DNA of 64,000 nucleotides. Source: Phoronis australis (Eukaryota > Animalia > Phoronida). A model generated the notes under the pieces. The model was given only the letters and a program-made list of their open reading frames with translations. It had not been told where the DNA came from and did not search any database. Below, piece after piece: positions 46,990 through 60,500 of the stretch (positions are counted from its first letter, which is position 1; every line of letters starts with the position of its first letter). Made by a program: the position numbers and the translations under genes. The DNA lies in contig NMRA01000514.1 of the NCBI GenBank assembly GCA_002633005.1, positions 190,848-254,847 on the forward strand, written 5' to 3'.

Positions 46990-49900
46990 ATCATTGGTCA
47001 ACAAGTACCGTATTTTCTTCAGGATGTAATTTAATAAAGTTAATTAACACTTGGAAATTAAGTTTTTTAACAAACTTTTTGCTAAGTATGTAATTTCTTG
47101 CTAGCATGATCAACAGATTAATGTTACAATTTTCCGACTGAATGTTTCCCAAAAAACCAAAGAAACACTGCTATCTTGTCCAGATCAAAATTTACATGAT
47201 ATGTTTGTTTTAACCACTCAGCAAACAGGAGCCAGAAACCGGAGATAAGACGACATTCCCAAAAGAGATGGAGAAAAGTTTCACTGTGTTCACCACAGAA
47301 AGAGCATAGATCACTTGTTTTTATTTTAATTTTAGGTAAATAATTATTAGTTGGTAATATTCTGTGAATTAAGCGTTATTGAAACCAACACAATTTTGTA
47401 TCTTTTGTACAATTGAAGGGGGTTTATTTACTTTTCTCCACCATGTATCAGAGTCACTAAAATTTATATTATTTATAACACCGTTTATATCTATCTCAGA
47501 TGACCACTTGTTTTCATATTTACAAGCGGTCTGAAGTGACTGTACTAAAGTGTCATAAATACTTACCGCTTGTGATTTATTATGTAAAATTTTATAAATA
47601 GAACTTGGAAATTTTGGTAAAAAGATATTGTCTTGTCTATTCTTAAGACCCCTGTACGCTGCAAAGGTTGCACTTCTTAATCCATAGAATTCTAGTATTG
47701 GAGGTTGAAAGTTATAGCTATTACAGTGTTGTTTGTATGACATAAAAGAACCTTCAGCATTAAACAAATCACACACACGATAGACTCCCTTTTCATATAC
47801 CAAGTCTTGTAGAAAATAGATTTTCTACCAACTTTAATCTTTGAATTATACCACAGGGGAGAGTAAATAATATTTTCATTTTTGTCACACATTTGAAACA
47901 GGAGCACAACATCGCTTAAAACTTGCTCCCAGAGCAGATTGTCGGTTCCTTCAGCTATTTTTCTAAGGAAAGCGTCTCCCATTTTAAAAAAAGTTATCAA
48001 CTTTACAACCCAAATCTGCCTCGGCAAGATCACGTATGGTATTTTTGGTGAATAGTTTACGAAGCCACAATATTTTCAAAGACTTAATAAAAAACTAACA
48101 TGAACCATTTTAAACCACCATGATCCTGATTTTGTACAATTTCATTTCGACTAACTCTTTCATTCTTCCCATTCCAAATGAAGCCAAAAAAACTCGCTCT
48201 AATTGTTGAATCATGTCAGTGGACGGGCTAGGGAGGGGTTGAAGCAAATGAACAATCTTGAGCAATTAAAATGTCTTAACCAAGGTTATTTTACCTAAAA
48301 CAGTAAGAATTCTTCTTGACCAAGAGCTCACCATTTTCTTAATTTCCACAAGCCTGCAACTATAGTTAAGACCCGGCATTGTATTATAATCAGTGTAGAA
48401 GTTGATTCCCAAAAACATGAAAGGTTTGTTGGTCCCTAACAGGTTCTCGTTGACACAACGATTTTCGTCAGGGTCTTTTTTTTAACCAATCCAAACACAT
48501 CTTGTTTTCTCGATGTGTGGCTTCAAACCAGAAAAATTCGCAAAATTGGTCAATTAAATTCAAAGACGATCTAAGACATAACTTAGAACCGTCCAAAATT
48601 AAACAAGTGTCGTCAGCGTACTGGATCAATTAAAACTCAGAAACACTTATCCTGATCCCAGTGATGCCATCATCCCGACGCATTAAATTACCCAATATTT
48701 CTACACATAATACAAAAAGATAAGGAGAAATAGGGTCTCCTTGACGACAGCCTCTCCCAATTTCAAAAATTCAGAGAAAAATCCATGTTGGAGAACGCAA
48801 AGACAAGATTTGTTGTAGAGTGTTTTGACCGTGTCAATGAACCTTGGGCCAAAGTTAAAGTATGATAATGCCTTGAGGATGAAAGACAAGGAAACCGAGT
48901 TGAAAGCTTTTTCAAAATCGATCATTAAGAGGAGTCCGGGAAAGGGTTGACAGTCTAAAGATTGAATTACATCATATAAAATTCTTATGTTTTCCCCAAT
49001 ATATCTGCCTTTCATGAAAGCTTGTTGGTTCTCGTGAATAAGGGGTCCGAGGACGCTTTTTAGGTGTCTTGCAATACATCCAGACAACATTTTGTAAGTA
49101 ATATTCAATAGTGAAATTGGACACCAATTTTTGATAAATTCTCTTGGTTTATTTTCTTTTGGTATTATTGAGATAATACCCTGTTTTTGCGTTGTAGATA
49201 ATTCTCCTTTATTGATACCTTCTTCAAAAGATCGGAACAAATAATATTTAAGGTCAAGCCAAGAAAAAATTAAAAATTCTACTGTGAAACCATCTGGATC
49301 AGGATTTTTGTTGTTTTTTAAATCCTTCAGAGTTGCATGAATTTTCTTCAATGTGATAAATTTTTCAAGTTCGACTTGGTTAGACTGGTTCAATTTAGGG
49401 ATTGGGCACGATGCCAAAAGTTCATTTAAGTTAACATCAACAAGGTCGCCGTCTTTACAGGTGTATAAATTTTTATAAAAAGAAGTGATCTCCGAGAGGA
49501 TAGCGGATTGTTCCTTGATAATAGCGTTATTGAAGCTCAGTAGCTTAGTTACATTCTTATTCACAAAATTTCGTTTTCCTAATGCACAAAAATATTTGGT
49601 TGGTTTTTCGCCATTTTCAACCCATTTGCATGTATTCTCTGCGATAATCCTTATATTATTAACAATAACGTCTCCAAAAACAATTGATCAGATATATAAA
49701 ACTGAAGATTATCAGAGTCAATTCCTTGTATTTTGTTCAAATTGTATACTGGAAGAGCATATTGTTTTTTCGTACACAAAATCTCATTCTTGACGAGATT
49801 AATATATTCTTTGTCTTTTAGCAGTGAGTTATTAAATTTCCAAAACCCCGGTCCTTTTTGAACGTAGTTAATTGCATTGTTAAGACGACGTTGTTATGGT

Positions 49901-50003
49901 CCGATCGGTAGCCCGACTGTATTTCCACCTTTTCGATGCGCCAGAGTAATTGTTGGGTAACAAGAAAATAATCTAACCAGGCCTTTTTGACTGGATTAAT
50001 CAT
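46990..50003 (-). mobile_element. 5'-truncated, frameshifted L1/Tx1-clade LINE ORF2 (EN end, RT, C-terminal zinc knuckle)
   Basis: WLDYFLV...GYRSDH; PISLLN..YK; IDFEKAFNSV; QYADDTCL (about 48600-48625); LCSFCGEHSETFLHLFWEC (about 47255-47310). Confidence 0.9.
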
Positions 50004-50915
50004 TAATCTTTACCGACGCGGATCCTGCGCCCTCCAGTGTGCCACTCCGTTGCTGATCAATTGGCCTTTCGAAGAAAACTTTGAAATAAAACATTATTCT
50101 GATTGCTCCACCAACAATATTATTTTCCTGATAACAATATCCAATACGTAGGTCAAACTCAACATAATATACAAACTCGGTTTCGTAATCATAGATTTAA
50201 TATAATACATAAATACATTTCTGATAGTATAGGTAATCATTTCAATTAAAAAACCATAATCTTCAAGATCTTTCTATACAAATCATAGAAAAACTCCAAT
50301 ACCCCAGTATCCCTCACAGACTCAAAAGAGAACAATTTTGGATAGATTAGCTCAATACATTAGAACCTAATGGATTAAACATAAAAACTCCTTAAATTAT
50401 ATCCTTGATTTTTTCCTCAACAATGTATCATATTCATTACACCATAGACTCTATGATTACACCACATCTTAAATGTCAATTGTCATAGAGCGTTAGATTT
50501 TACTTTATTTCTGTTTCTGTAGACGAAGGGTGTTTTTATATCCGAAAATTTCAGTTGATCCATTCTTGTTGTTTTATTTACCTATATTTATTTTGAATTA
50601 AGAATGTTATTGGCAGTCGAACCCTTGGGGTACCCACAACTCACGTGCGCATCATGCTCGTGTACCCTAAATCCGTAACGTTCCCAAGTCTAATATTGAC
50701 TGAATTTTCTCGCGAAATTTGATCGAAGCACTGGTGCCTCCACAGAGTTTAGCATTCTAAAAGCAAAGTTTGCTCGCCATGATGCCTATGGCGAGGGTCC
50801 ACCCCAGTCCATGGATGTCTGTCGAGGTGGCGGCACCGATTGCCAGAGGTGGCGATGAGGACAACAGAACATTGTAAACAATCATTTGACACTTGAAGCT
50901 GATATTCGTTATTCT

Positions 50916-51238
50916 CAGTGGCGGATTTAGGGGCAAGGCTGACATGGCCCCCCGCCCTAAAATTCTCCCAGATACCATTTGGGAGTACAGGGTGCGACTG
51001 AATTGCTGAGTACCATATGCGCACACCCAGGGTGTTCGGGGGGGGGGCGAATGCACAATGCACAGGCCTCGAAGAAACCCCATTTACCTTATTTTTTATT
51101 AATAATTAAGGTCCACAAACCCAAAAATTCGAGAACCCTGCAATCCCTACACTTAGGCTGGGCCCGCGCATGTGGCGAAATTGTGGCTATTCCTGTGCCC
51201 TTCCCCCTCCCCCAACTTAAAATCCTGGATCCGCCCGG
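50916..51238. mobile_element. GC-rich hAT-like MITE
   Basis: CAGTGGCGGATTTAGG...CCTGGATCCGCCCGG imperfect TIR. Confidence 0.55.
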
Positions 51239-51512
51239 CCTAGTCTGTAGAAAATGTCTGACTTTAATTAGTACAACTACTTGTTCGAAAACTGAGGCCT
51301 CAGTGTTTCCGGCATAATCGAGATCAAAACAACATAATTATACTAAAAAGATAGGTTCTCTACTTTTTCTACAAAATACCTCTAACATGCACATTTTCCA
51401 GAAATGCGTCTAGACTACTAGCTAGGTCCTTAGCCAAAGTTTGAACGAAAGCTGTCGTCAGGTAGCGCTTTTGAAACTGCCACCAAGCGGACGTTCAAAG
51501 AACATATCAAAG

Positions 51513-51527
51513 ATGGCTGCGTCCTAG
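51513..51527 (+). promoter_or_regulatory. Short uORF (MAAS-stop) within an AAGATGGC (YY1/initiator-like) motif just upstream of SMG7 start
   Basis: AAG ATG GCT GCG TCC TAG ends 11 nt before the SMG7 ATG; TSS unknown. Confidence 0.5.
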
Positions 51528-51538
51528 CGAAGTCAGAA

Positions 51539-54500
51539 ATGAGCTCCGTTGCTCAACTTTTAAGGTATGCGTTCCACTTGTTGCCCTGTTCCAACCTTCT
51601 ACTCTTGTTATTTCTATTTAACACACAATTTAATTTTCCGATTTTTACCTTAACTCAAGTAGCCAAGAGCTGAACTCACGACAAGGGTCCCAAGGCCAGG
51701 GACAAAATTGAAAATGCACAGCCGTCCTCAGCTTCTGATCGTTCACAATACACTATATAATATACTACGAGGTATGACACTCCGGACCAGAAGTTCCATG
51801 GGTGCTTCACTTCAGGCGTCCATAGCTAACACAAAACTCATTAAGTTTGCACAAAACAGAGGTTCAACAAATCATGAGGAATTGTTCTGTCTTTCAATGC
51901 CATTTACGGTGTCCTGCTTTACCCAGTTGACAAGAAATTCGCAGTCAAAGCACAAAAATCTTTTCAAAAAGCCTGTCCGGAGAAACTATTTTGTAAATCG
52001 AAGGTTAAGCACGATGATTACGGAATTATCCGATGAGTTATTGATGAACGGCAATTGCTGATTTGTCACGGAAAGTTACGAAATCGTGATAATCTGCAAT
52101 TGCTGTTCATCTGTAACTCATCGGATAATTCCGTATCGTCCTTGACCTTCAATTTACAAAGGAGTTTCTCCGGACGGCCCTTTTGGGAAGATTTTTGTGC
52201 TTTGACTGGGAATTTCTTGCGAACTGGGTGGAGCAGGACACCGTAATTGGCATTGGGAGAAAGAACAATTTTTGCGTGGTTTGTTGAATGGTGTTTTGTG
52301 TAAATTTATTGAATTTTGTGTTTGCTATGGATGGCTGAAGTGAAGCACCCGTGGAATTTCTAGCCGGGAGTGTCATATACCTTGTAGTATCGTATAGTGT
52401 ATTGTGGACAATCAGAAGCTGAGGACGCCTGTGACAAAATGTAGGGATTTCTCATTGGGGTTTTTATACTTGATTCGAGCGTTTAGTAAGCCTTGGCTTT
52501 GCCTGGAGCCTAGGGGAACTGGTAAACTACACTTTGTTGACATATAGTCGCTAATCTAAGCATAAAACCACCTGGTTTTCATATTCCTGAACACCTCCAG
52601 TGTAGAAAGGGGACCAGTTTATCGAACATTTAATGGAATATACTTTCAAATAAAATGCTAATGCAAACAAACATTCAAGTCATTCAATGAAAATTGTTTG
52701 GTATAACTTAGATATAAAATTTTGTGTAATAATTTTATTTAAATATTTTGGAGTAAACGCATTCTTCAGAAGCATTTTGTTGATGCAAATCACAACATGT
52801 GCGAAAGAGTGCTTGTCTCTAAAGTTCTAAACTGTTCAATAATTTACTTTCTTGTGGTAGGAATCTTGACAGGAGGAGTGTCGAAACTGATGTAGTCCAG
52901 TGTTGTTTTGTTTCTGAAAGTCTTCTCAGATGCTGATATTGGTTGTTTTGAGCGTTGGATTAGACCGCTGTTTTCTCACAGTAAAAATGCAGCTGTTGTG
53001 AAGTTATGCTTTGAAATGAAGAAACACAACATGTGCCACATATTGAGTGCGTTCACCATTATGCTCAAACATGGCTGACATGTCGTACATTTGGCGATGT
53101 AGAAAATGGTACCAACACCACTTCTGTGTATATTGTTAAATTTCAAAGTTGTAAGAAATTTTTCATAGTGTACTGTTCGATTAGCTGGTCCTCTCCCTGT
53201 AACTGGTCGCGTGTTGTTAGTAATGATCTTACAAGTGTGTTGAGACCAGTTGCTATAGTGCAGTACTTTGTTCTTTGAATATTGGTCTTTGAAATTAGAG
53301 TTTTTCCAGAATTCTCTACCAAATCTTCTCCACAGTCACTCAGTATTTAAACAAAATTGAGCCTGACATCTACTGGTGATTTGCTGCCAATTTCAGCCTC
53401 CGCAAACGAAAGTATTGACTGTATTTTAGTAGCTGTCTCATTTATCATTTGAAAATTAGTGTGACTAACATTATGCCTCTAAAAAGAGAAAAACTTTGTA
53501 CGTTGCCGACGAATGTGCAGAGCACTTAATGTTGTACTTTGTGCTGATGCCCATGTATGCTAGTATATGGATCATTTCTTTTTCTATTTGGCATTTAATG
53601 GGTGTGTGTTTCAACGAGGCGTATATGTTACTGTATAATAAGTTCTACTCATCACTGCGTTCGTCTGTCTTTTACAGAAAAGCAGATGAACTGAAATCTA
53701 CAATATCAGGTAATTACACTTTCAATTTCCTATTTCATACTTTGCTATTTTATGTCTGTTGTTTTCTACCAGTCCACTAGTTCTAACTTTTTATCAGCAT
53801 CAAAGCTCAGTAGATTTTTAATTGATATTTAACATAATTACTGAAATTATTCTCAGACGTATCACTATTCCCTATGCTTCATCAGTGAACTGGGGCACAC
53901 GGTCATCACATGTTGCTTGATTCTCACCATTTAAAGTTAATTTCGCACATTGCGATCAGTCAGTTTTTTATTAACCTTAAGTTAAGTTTGATTGTCATGG
54001 GTCCAGAAGTTTTCTTGGCAAATAATTTCCCGGATTTTTTCCTCTGTGATAGTTACTTACTGGGGTCCCACATTTGGAGAACCAGTTTTCTCCATTGAAT
54101 GACTACCATCAAATTGGTTCTGGAAATCCGGGGCCCGTGTAATTGAACAATTACCTATTTTTCTTTCTGTATTGTCACCTTAATTTTTGCGTTCTGACTC
54201 CCACCTTGACCTCATTAAATTTTTTAAACCATGTTCATTGTTGTCCTAGCTGTCCCGTAGTTGAAAACTTAAGATCTTCACCTCTAAGCCTCACATCAGC
54301 ACCAAATGAACGATAACAATTTCCCATCACAAAGCAGTGAGGCAAATACCTTACTTGTTAAAAGACTTCACCACAACTCATGCGTCCGAATCCCCACAGC
54401 AGATGGGAAAGACGAGTTGCCTAAGTGCTTGTTGGATTGGATTTGCTGGCAAAGGAAACTCAACCATGCAATAGTACCATAAGTGCGTACCACCTGAGTG

Positions 54501-57500
54501 TGGGTCATGGTAAAATGTACCGTTTTCACCTGTTAATTCAAGGAGTGAAAGCCAAGCTACAAATGAATGTTTTTGCTATGTGCTGTGTACTTAGCATACT
54601 TAGATGTCAACGCTCAGTTGCATGGAACAGTCATAAATAGGGACTCATCTAAGTTTGCTAAATCTAAGTTGCGTATTTGTGGACTTGTGAAAAACATTGG
54701 TTATCCTTTCTTATGCTGTTTTACTGTAGAAATTTCTTTTAACAATCCAGGAAATTTACCTTAAAGGCGAAGGCAACCTTTTTCCATGTCATTTTGAGCT
54801 AAAATAAGGTTGGTTGGTTATCCTAGACATATTTTCCACTTAATTACAGCTTTTCGTAATTTTATAAATTACTCGTCCGCTACTCCGGAAAAGACGTTTT
54901 AGGAGGCAAGAGTTTCCCGCCACTTGGTTTTGCNNNNNNNNNNNNNNNNNNNNNNNNNNNNNNNNNNNNNNNNNNNNNNNNNNNNNNNNNNNNNNNNNNN
55001 NNNNNNNNNNNNNNNNNNNNNNNNNNNNNNNNNNNNNNNNNNNNNNNNNNNNNNNNNNNNNNNNNNNNNNNNNNNNNNNNNNNNNNNNNNNNNNNNNNNN
55101 NNNNNNNNNNNNNNNNNNNNNNNNNNNNNNNNNNNNNNNNNNNNNNNNNNNNNNNNNNNNNNNNNNNNNNNNNNNNNNNNNNNNNNNNNNNNNNNNNNNN
55201 NNNNNNNNNNNNNNNNNNNNNNNNNNNNNNNNNNNNNNNNNNNNNNNNNNNNNNNNNNNNNNNNNNNNNNNNNNNNNNNNNNNNNNNNNNNNNNNNNNNN
55301 NNNNNNNNNNNNNNNNNNNNNNNNNNNNNNNNNNNNNNNNNNNNNNNNNNNNNNNNNNNNNNNNNNNNNNNNNNNNNNNNNNNNNNNNNNNNNNNNNNNN
55401 NNNNNNNNNNNNNNNNNNNNNNNNNNNNNNNNNNNNNNNNNNNNNNNNNNNNNNNNNNNNNNNNNNNNNNNNNNNNNNNNNNNNNNNNNNNNNNNNNNNN
55501 NNNNNNNNNNNNNNNNNNNNNNNNNNNNGTAATTCTCCACTGCTTTGTACGTTGCGTGGACGGGTAACGCTGCGTTCTTCACACGAACGAGCCAAGTACA
55601 GCGAAGTGTGTCATCCATCGGAAAGCGATGCAAAGGTACTCCCAAAGCGCGCGTGAGCCGATAATTAGTACATCCTGGTACGCAGCAATAGTGTGGCATG
55701 TTGACTGACTAGTAAATGAAAGCAAACGACGACGGAACTTAACAGAACCGAGGTAGAACAATGACTGACTCGGCAGCTCTCACAGTCAGACTATATGAAA
55801 AGAAATTGTCGCGAAATGCTTGCCTCCTAAAATGTCACTTACGGAGTAGCGGACGAGTAATTAATAAAATTACGAAAAGCTGTAATTAAGTGGAAAATAT
55901 GTCTAGGATAACCAACCAACCTTATTTTAGCTCAAAATGACATGGAAAAAGGTTGCCTTCACCTTTAAATGGCAGAAGTTTATGCTGTGCTGTTTTAGTC
56001 AATTTTTTGGTTTTGATACAAATCATGAGTGAACTCTGCATTGAATTCTCCAAATTAATGAAAATGAGTAGGGATCTTTTCATGCAACGTTCCTAATTTA
56101 AGAACTAAGTTCTTAATTATTTGGACTGAATTAAGGGCTCAGCAGTTTTTAGTTATATTATTAGAAAATATTGGTAGTCAAACAGGAGCTCATGATAAAG
56201 ATAAAATGATAGAAAAAGGATTACTAGTACATCTGTGAGTAAAGAACGATTCAAATACACAAAACATTGAGGAAACCTTGTTGAGTCCCTGTTTGAGACT
56301 GTTTTATTCAACCAGGTACTGAGGCCTCTAGCTGAGCCCATTTTCATTGTCTTCAGCGAGCCTTATTGTAACTTAAAGCTCCATTTCACCCGATTGGCTA
56401 ATAAAAAAACGTTACAATCTGAAACTTACAGATGTGACTTGAGTTGATAATGAGAATGGAATCTTAAGACAGTAAGTATAGTTATCAGACTGGCTTCATG
56501 AGAGTAAAAGGGCCTCGTTTGATTTCGGCATTTAAGTCAACTTACAGGATGAAGTGCAGCTTTAATTTTTCCTCTCTGCCTCTCTTTCAGACCCGTCAAC
56601 AGGGCAGGCTGATGCTTGGGTAGCAAGACAGGAGCTGCAGGACATCTATCAGACTGTCCTTGTCAACGACCTTGAGCATGCCCTTGACAAGAAGGTGGAG
56701 CAAGACCTGTGAGTTGGCGATGTCGTTTTGCTCGTGCCTTCATGGCCGACTTGGTCTTGATCTCGTCTATTGTGTGTTGTTTGAATTTACACTGTGATGT
56801 ATGTAGACACTCAAATAAGGGCAACTGATGTCAATTTGGGTGTTACACCCAAGTTGACAAAAATGTCTCAAGCGGAATGCAAGCACTTCGAGACCAAAGT
56901 GACAACTCTGGTATCTAGGCCCTCGATACTGAGGGCAGTGCCTGGGAGGAAGCCACCATTGTCAGCTCCTTTACTGACTACAGCACCATCTATGAGGTGT
57001 TGTCTCAAAGCTCTTTTTCTCTGAATTTAAGTGAGATGAGATCGCCTCCAATGAGTTACCAATACCCTACTGAATCAGTACTGATTGACAAAAGGAATAT
57101 TGAAGACTTGTTTTAAAGTGATGAGAATGCGTAGACAGAAATTCTTTTGTTTGTGCTGCAGACTATGATATCAATGTTTAGTTTATTTTCAACATTTCAG
57201 TCCTTGGCCCACATGTTGCATAAAATTTACAGGATAACGCTGGGCAGTTTTTCCCTGAGTGCAGTGGCGTGAAATACAAATTTGATTAACCTGAGCAATA
57301 GGCCCCGATATTTTCAATAGCTTGACAAATTTATGTTTATTTGGTTCACACCAGCACCACTCGGGTATAAATGAAGTTCTCACAGAACAGTACTTTTTAC
57401 AAACTCATATGAAATAGTATTCATCTTAGGGACACACAGAAACAACATTGTACTAGGACTATACTAAAATTTAAGGTAAATTCATTAAATGACCTTAATT

Positions 57501-60500
57501 GTTTTTCTGCTAACTTAAGTCTCTAACTTTTCAGGTCCTCATTGTATGACTTGTGAATAATTTTGCTCAGACATTGCTCTCAAATTAAGAAATATTAATC
57601 ATTGTTTGTTGGTTGTAACGTTTAGTACTTAGTTTTAGTTAGTAATTCTTTGACGTGTTGATGTATTTTGACAGGTGGAACCATGCATTCAAAAACCAGA
57701 TAAGCGCCATGCAAGCACAGAGTAAAGATAAGCAGGTATTGTGTAGGTTACCACGGGCACAGTTTATATGGCAAGTAGTTGTAGACTTTTAGATTTTTTC
57801 TGAAATTAAAATTCTGGTGGTGTTCTGCTCCATAAAAATGCAAAAACTGGGCGAAGAACTATGAAGAAAGATGGCAGATGTGTTTTGTTGAAGAGAGCAC
57901 TGCTCATTTGCTATTCACTCTTGAGAAGCCGATTCAAATTTACTAGCTTTGCTCCATTTTGTGGGAATGTTTATTTAGATAATGATCGTCTCTTGTGTCT
58001 GCATTATATGTGATGCATACAATGGGTTACGTATTAATGCTCTGCATCACTCTAGTCTTACTTGCCCTCATTTCACCCATGACTGTCAATTTTTCACTGA
58101 AGATGATGGAGTGTTTAGTCCACCAAAATGTGTGATGTTGTATGTATTGTGTTATTTAGAAATAGTTAGTATCCTACGTGTTTTTATCCAGTCTCTGCTA
58201 TGCTCAAATCATTCGTTACTAGTGGAAAGAGGTCGCCACACAAATATTCCCTATGAAAATGGGTTTTGTAAGTTATGTTATTTTGGATGTGTAGAGAACG
58301 AATATGACGTTGTGTTAGTTTGTAGTGTTTACCATTAGCTATGGGTGATCGCTTTTGTCATTCTAAATTTGAATCTCATGATAACTCTCAATACCTCGCT
58401 TCTAGAATTCGTCCACTGTGCTCTCAGGCGTCACAATTTACTATCCAGTCAGTAACGCGCCTGACAATGTACTATCTTGTATATGTTATACTTTTGGCCA
58501 ATGGCCATATTTCAATAGCGAAACTAATAAACCATAGATATTATAGTATTGTTGTCAACTTTCGTACTAAGTGTAATTTGCCATCCACAGGTTGATAAGA
58601 AGAATGAAGTGCATGCTAGTTTGAGCCTGTTCTTGGAGACAGCTAGCGGATTCTATCTTCAGGTAAGTTGTCATTGGTTCACTCTTTCAGCAGACGGCCT
58701 CTCTGTAGCACTATTGGTTCACTCTTTCAGCAGACGGCCTCTCTCTAGCACAGTCTTTAAGACACTGTCACTAGGTACTCTATTTGGATTACTCACCCGG
58801 ACGTTACTTCTTTGGAGAACTCCTAATGTGATCCATTCCAACTGTCGCAAATTCACATCTATGTCGTCCCCAAAGTGGTGTGGAATTTTTGGAGTTGTGG
58901 TGAAACCTTGTCAATTTCAGACAAGAATATTGCCCTTTTTCACTTTCAAAGTGTTTCTAATTTTGTAGACAGTAGTCGCATTTTTTTAAAACATAATCGT
59001 TGGTGTGGTATAGAACTTAAACATGAAAAATCATTTTATCTAAAAAAAATAATTGCAGGTGGTCTGATACACATTGTACCAAACATGCACAGATCGCGAA
59101 TGTGGGCCCATTGCACTGATCACCCGGAACTATTTTTATGCTTTATTAATATATAGTTAAAACTGAGCTGACGAGCTAGAAACCTGACTCAAGGGTCTAG
59201 CAGTGTGAACCAATGGGACTCGAACTCATCACCTCGAGCAAAGAACGCGGCACCTATCACTCTAGGCCACACTGCCTAATCTTACCATTAGTTTGGTGCA
59301 ACATATTTTTCATGAAAAATGATGTAATAAAATTTCACACGTCATTCATATTGTGCCCTAAACTGGTGAAATTGTACCCTCCTTACCACGAAGTTGATCT
59401 AGTTTCACTCTGTCNTGAAAATGGATTTTGTAAGTTATGTTATTTTGGATGTGTAGAGAATGAATACGACGTTGTGTTAGTTTGCAGTGTTTACCATTAG
59501 CTATGGGTGATCACTTTTGTCATTCTAAATTTGAATCTCATGATAACTCTCAATACCTCGCTTCTAGAATTCGTCCACTGTGCTCTCAGGCGTCACAATT
59601 TACTATCCAGTCAGTAACGCGCCTGACAGTGTACTATCTTTTATATGTTATACTTTTGGCCAATGGCCATATTTCAATAGCGAAACTAATATTACAAACC
59701 ATAGATATTATAGTATTGTTGTCAACTTTCGTACTAAGTGTAATTTGCCATCCACAGGTTGATCAGAAGAATGAAGTGCATGCTAGTTTGAGCCTGTTCT
59801 TGGAGACAGCTAGCGGATTCTATCTTCAGGTAAGTTGTCATTGGTTCACTCTTTCAGCAGACGGCCTCTCTGTAGCACTATTGGTTCACTCTTTGAGCAG
59901 ACGGCCTCTCTCTAGCACTACCTTTAAGACACTGTCACTAGGTACTCTATTTGGATTACTCACCCGGACGTTACTTCTTTGGAGAAATCCTAATGTGATC
60001 CATTCCAATTGTCGCAAATTCACATCTATGTCGTCCCCAAAGTGGTGTGGAATTTTTGGAGTTGTGGTGAAACCTTGTCAATTTCAGACAAGAATATTGC
60101 CCTTTTTCATTTTCGAAGTGTTTCTAATTTTGTAGACAGTAGTCGCATTTTTTTAAAACATAATCGTTGGTGTGGTATAGAACTTAAACATGAAAAATCA
60201 TTTAAAAAAAAATAATTGCAGGTGGTCTGATACACATTGTACCAAACATGCACAGATCGCGAATGTGGGCCCATTGCACTGATCACCCGGAACTATTTTT
60301 ATGCTTTATTAATATATAGTTAAAACTGAGCTGACGAGCTAGAAACCTGACTCAAGGGTCTAGCAGTGTGAACCAATGGGACTCGAACTCATCACCTCGA
60401 GCAAAGAACGCGGCACCTATCACTCTAGGCCACACTGCCTAATCTTACCATTAGTTTGGTGCAACATATTTTTCATGAAAAATGATGTAATAAAATTTCA

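Noticed and set aside
54840-55595. Long ORFs of 200-266 aa in the ORF track
   Set aside because: Run through the N gap; only the THAP start is real sequence
59160-59276. tRNA gene
   Set aside because: A/B boxes present but no complete cloverleaf; better as SINE head
59758-59829. Second copy of SMG7 exon 5 (VDQK vs VDKK) suggesting mutually exclusive exons
   Set aside because: Whole 1.16-kb block is duplicated exactly around a single N at 59415 with only SNP-level differences; typical haplotype overlap artefact
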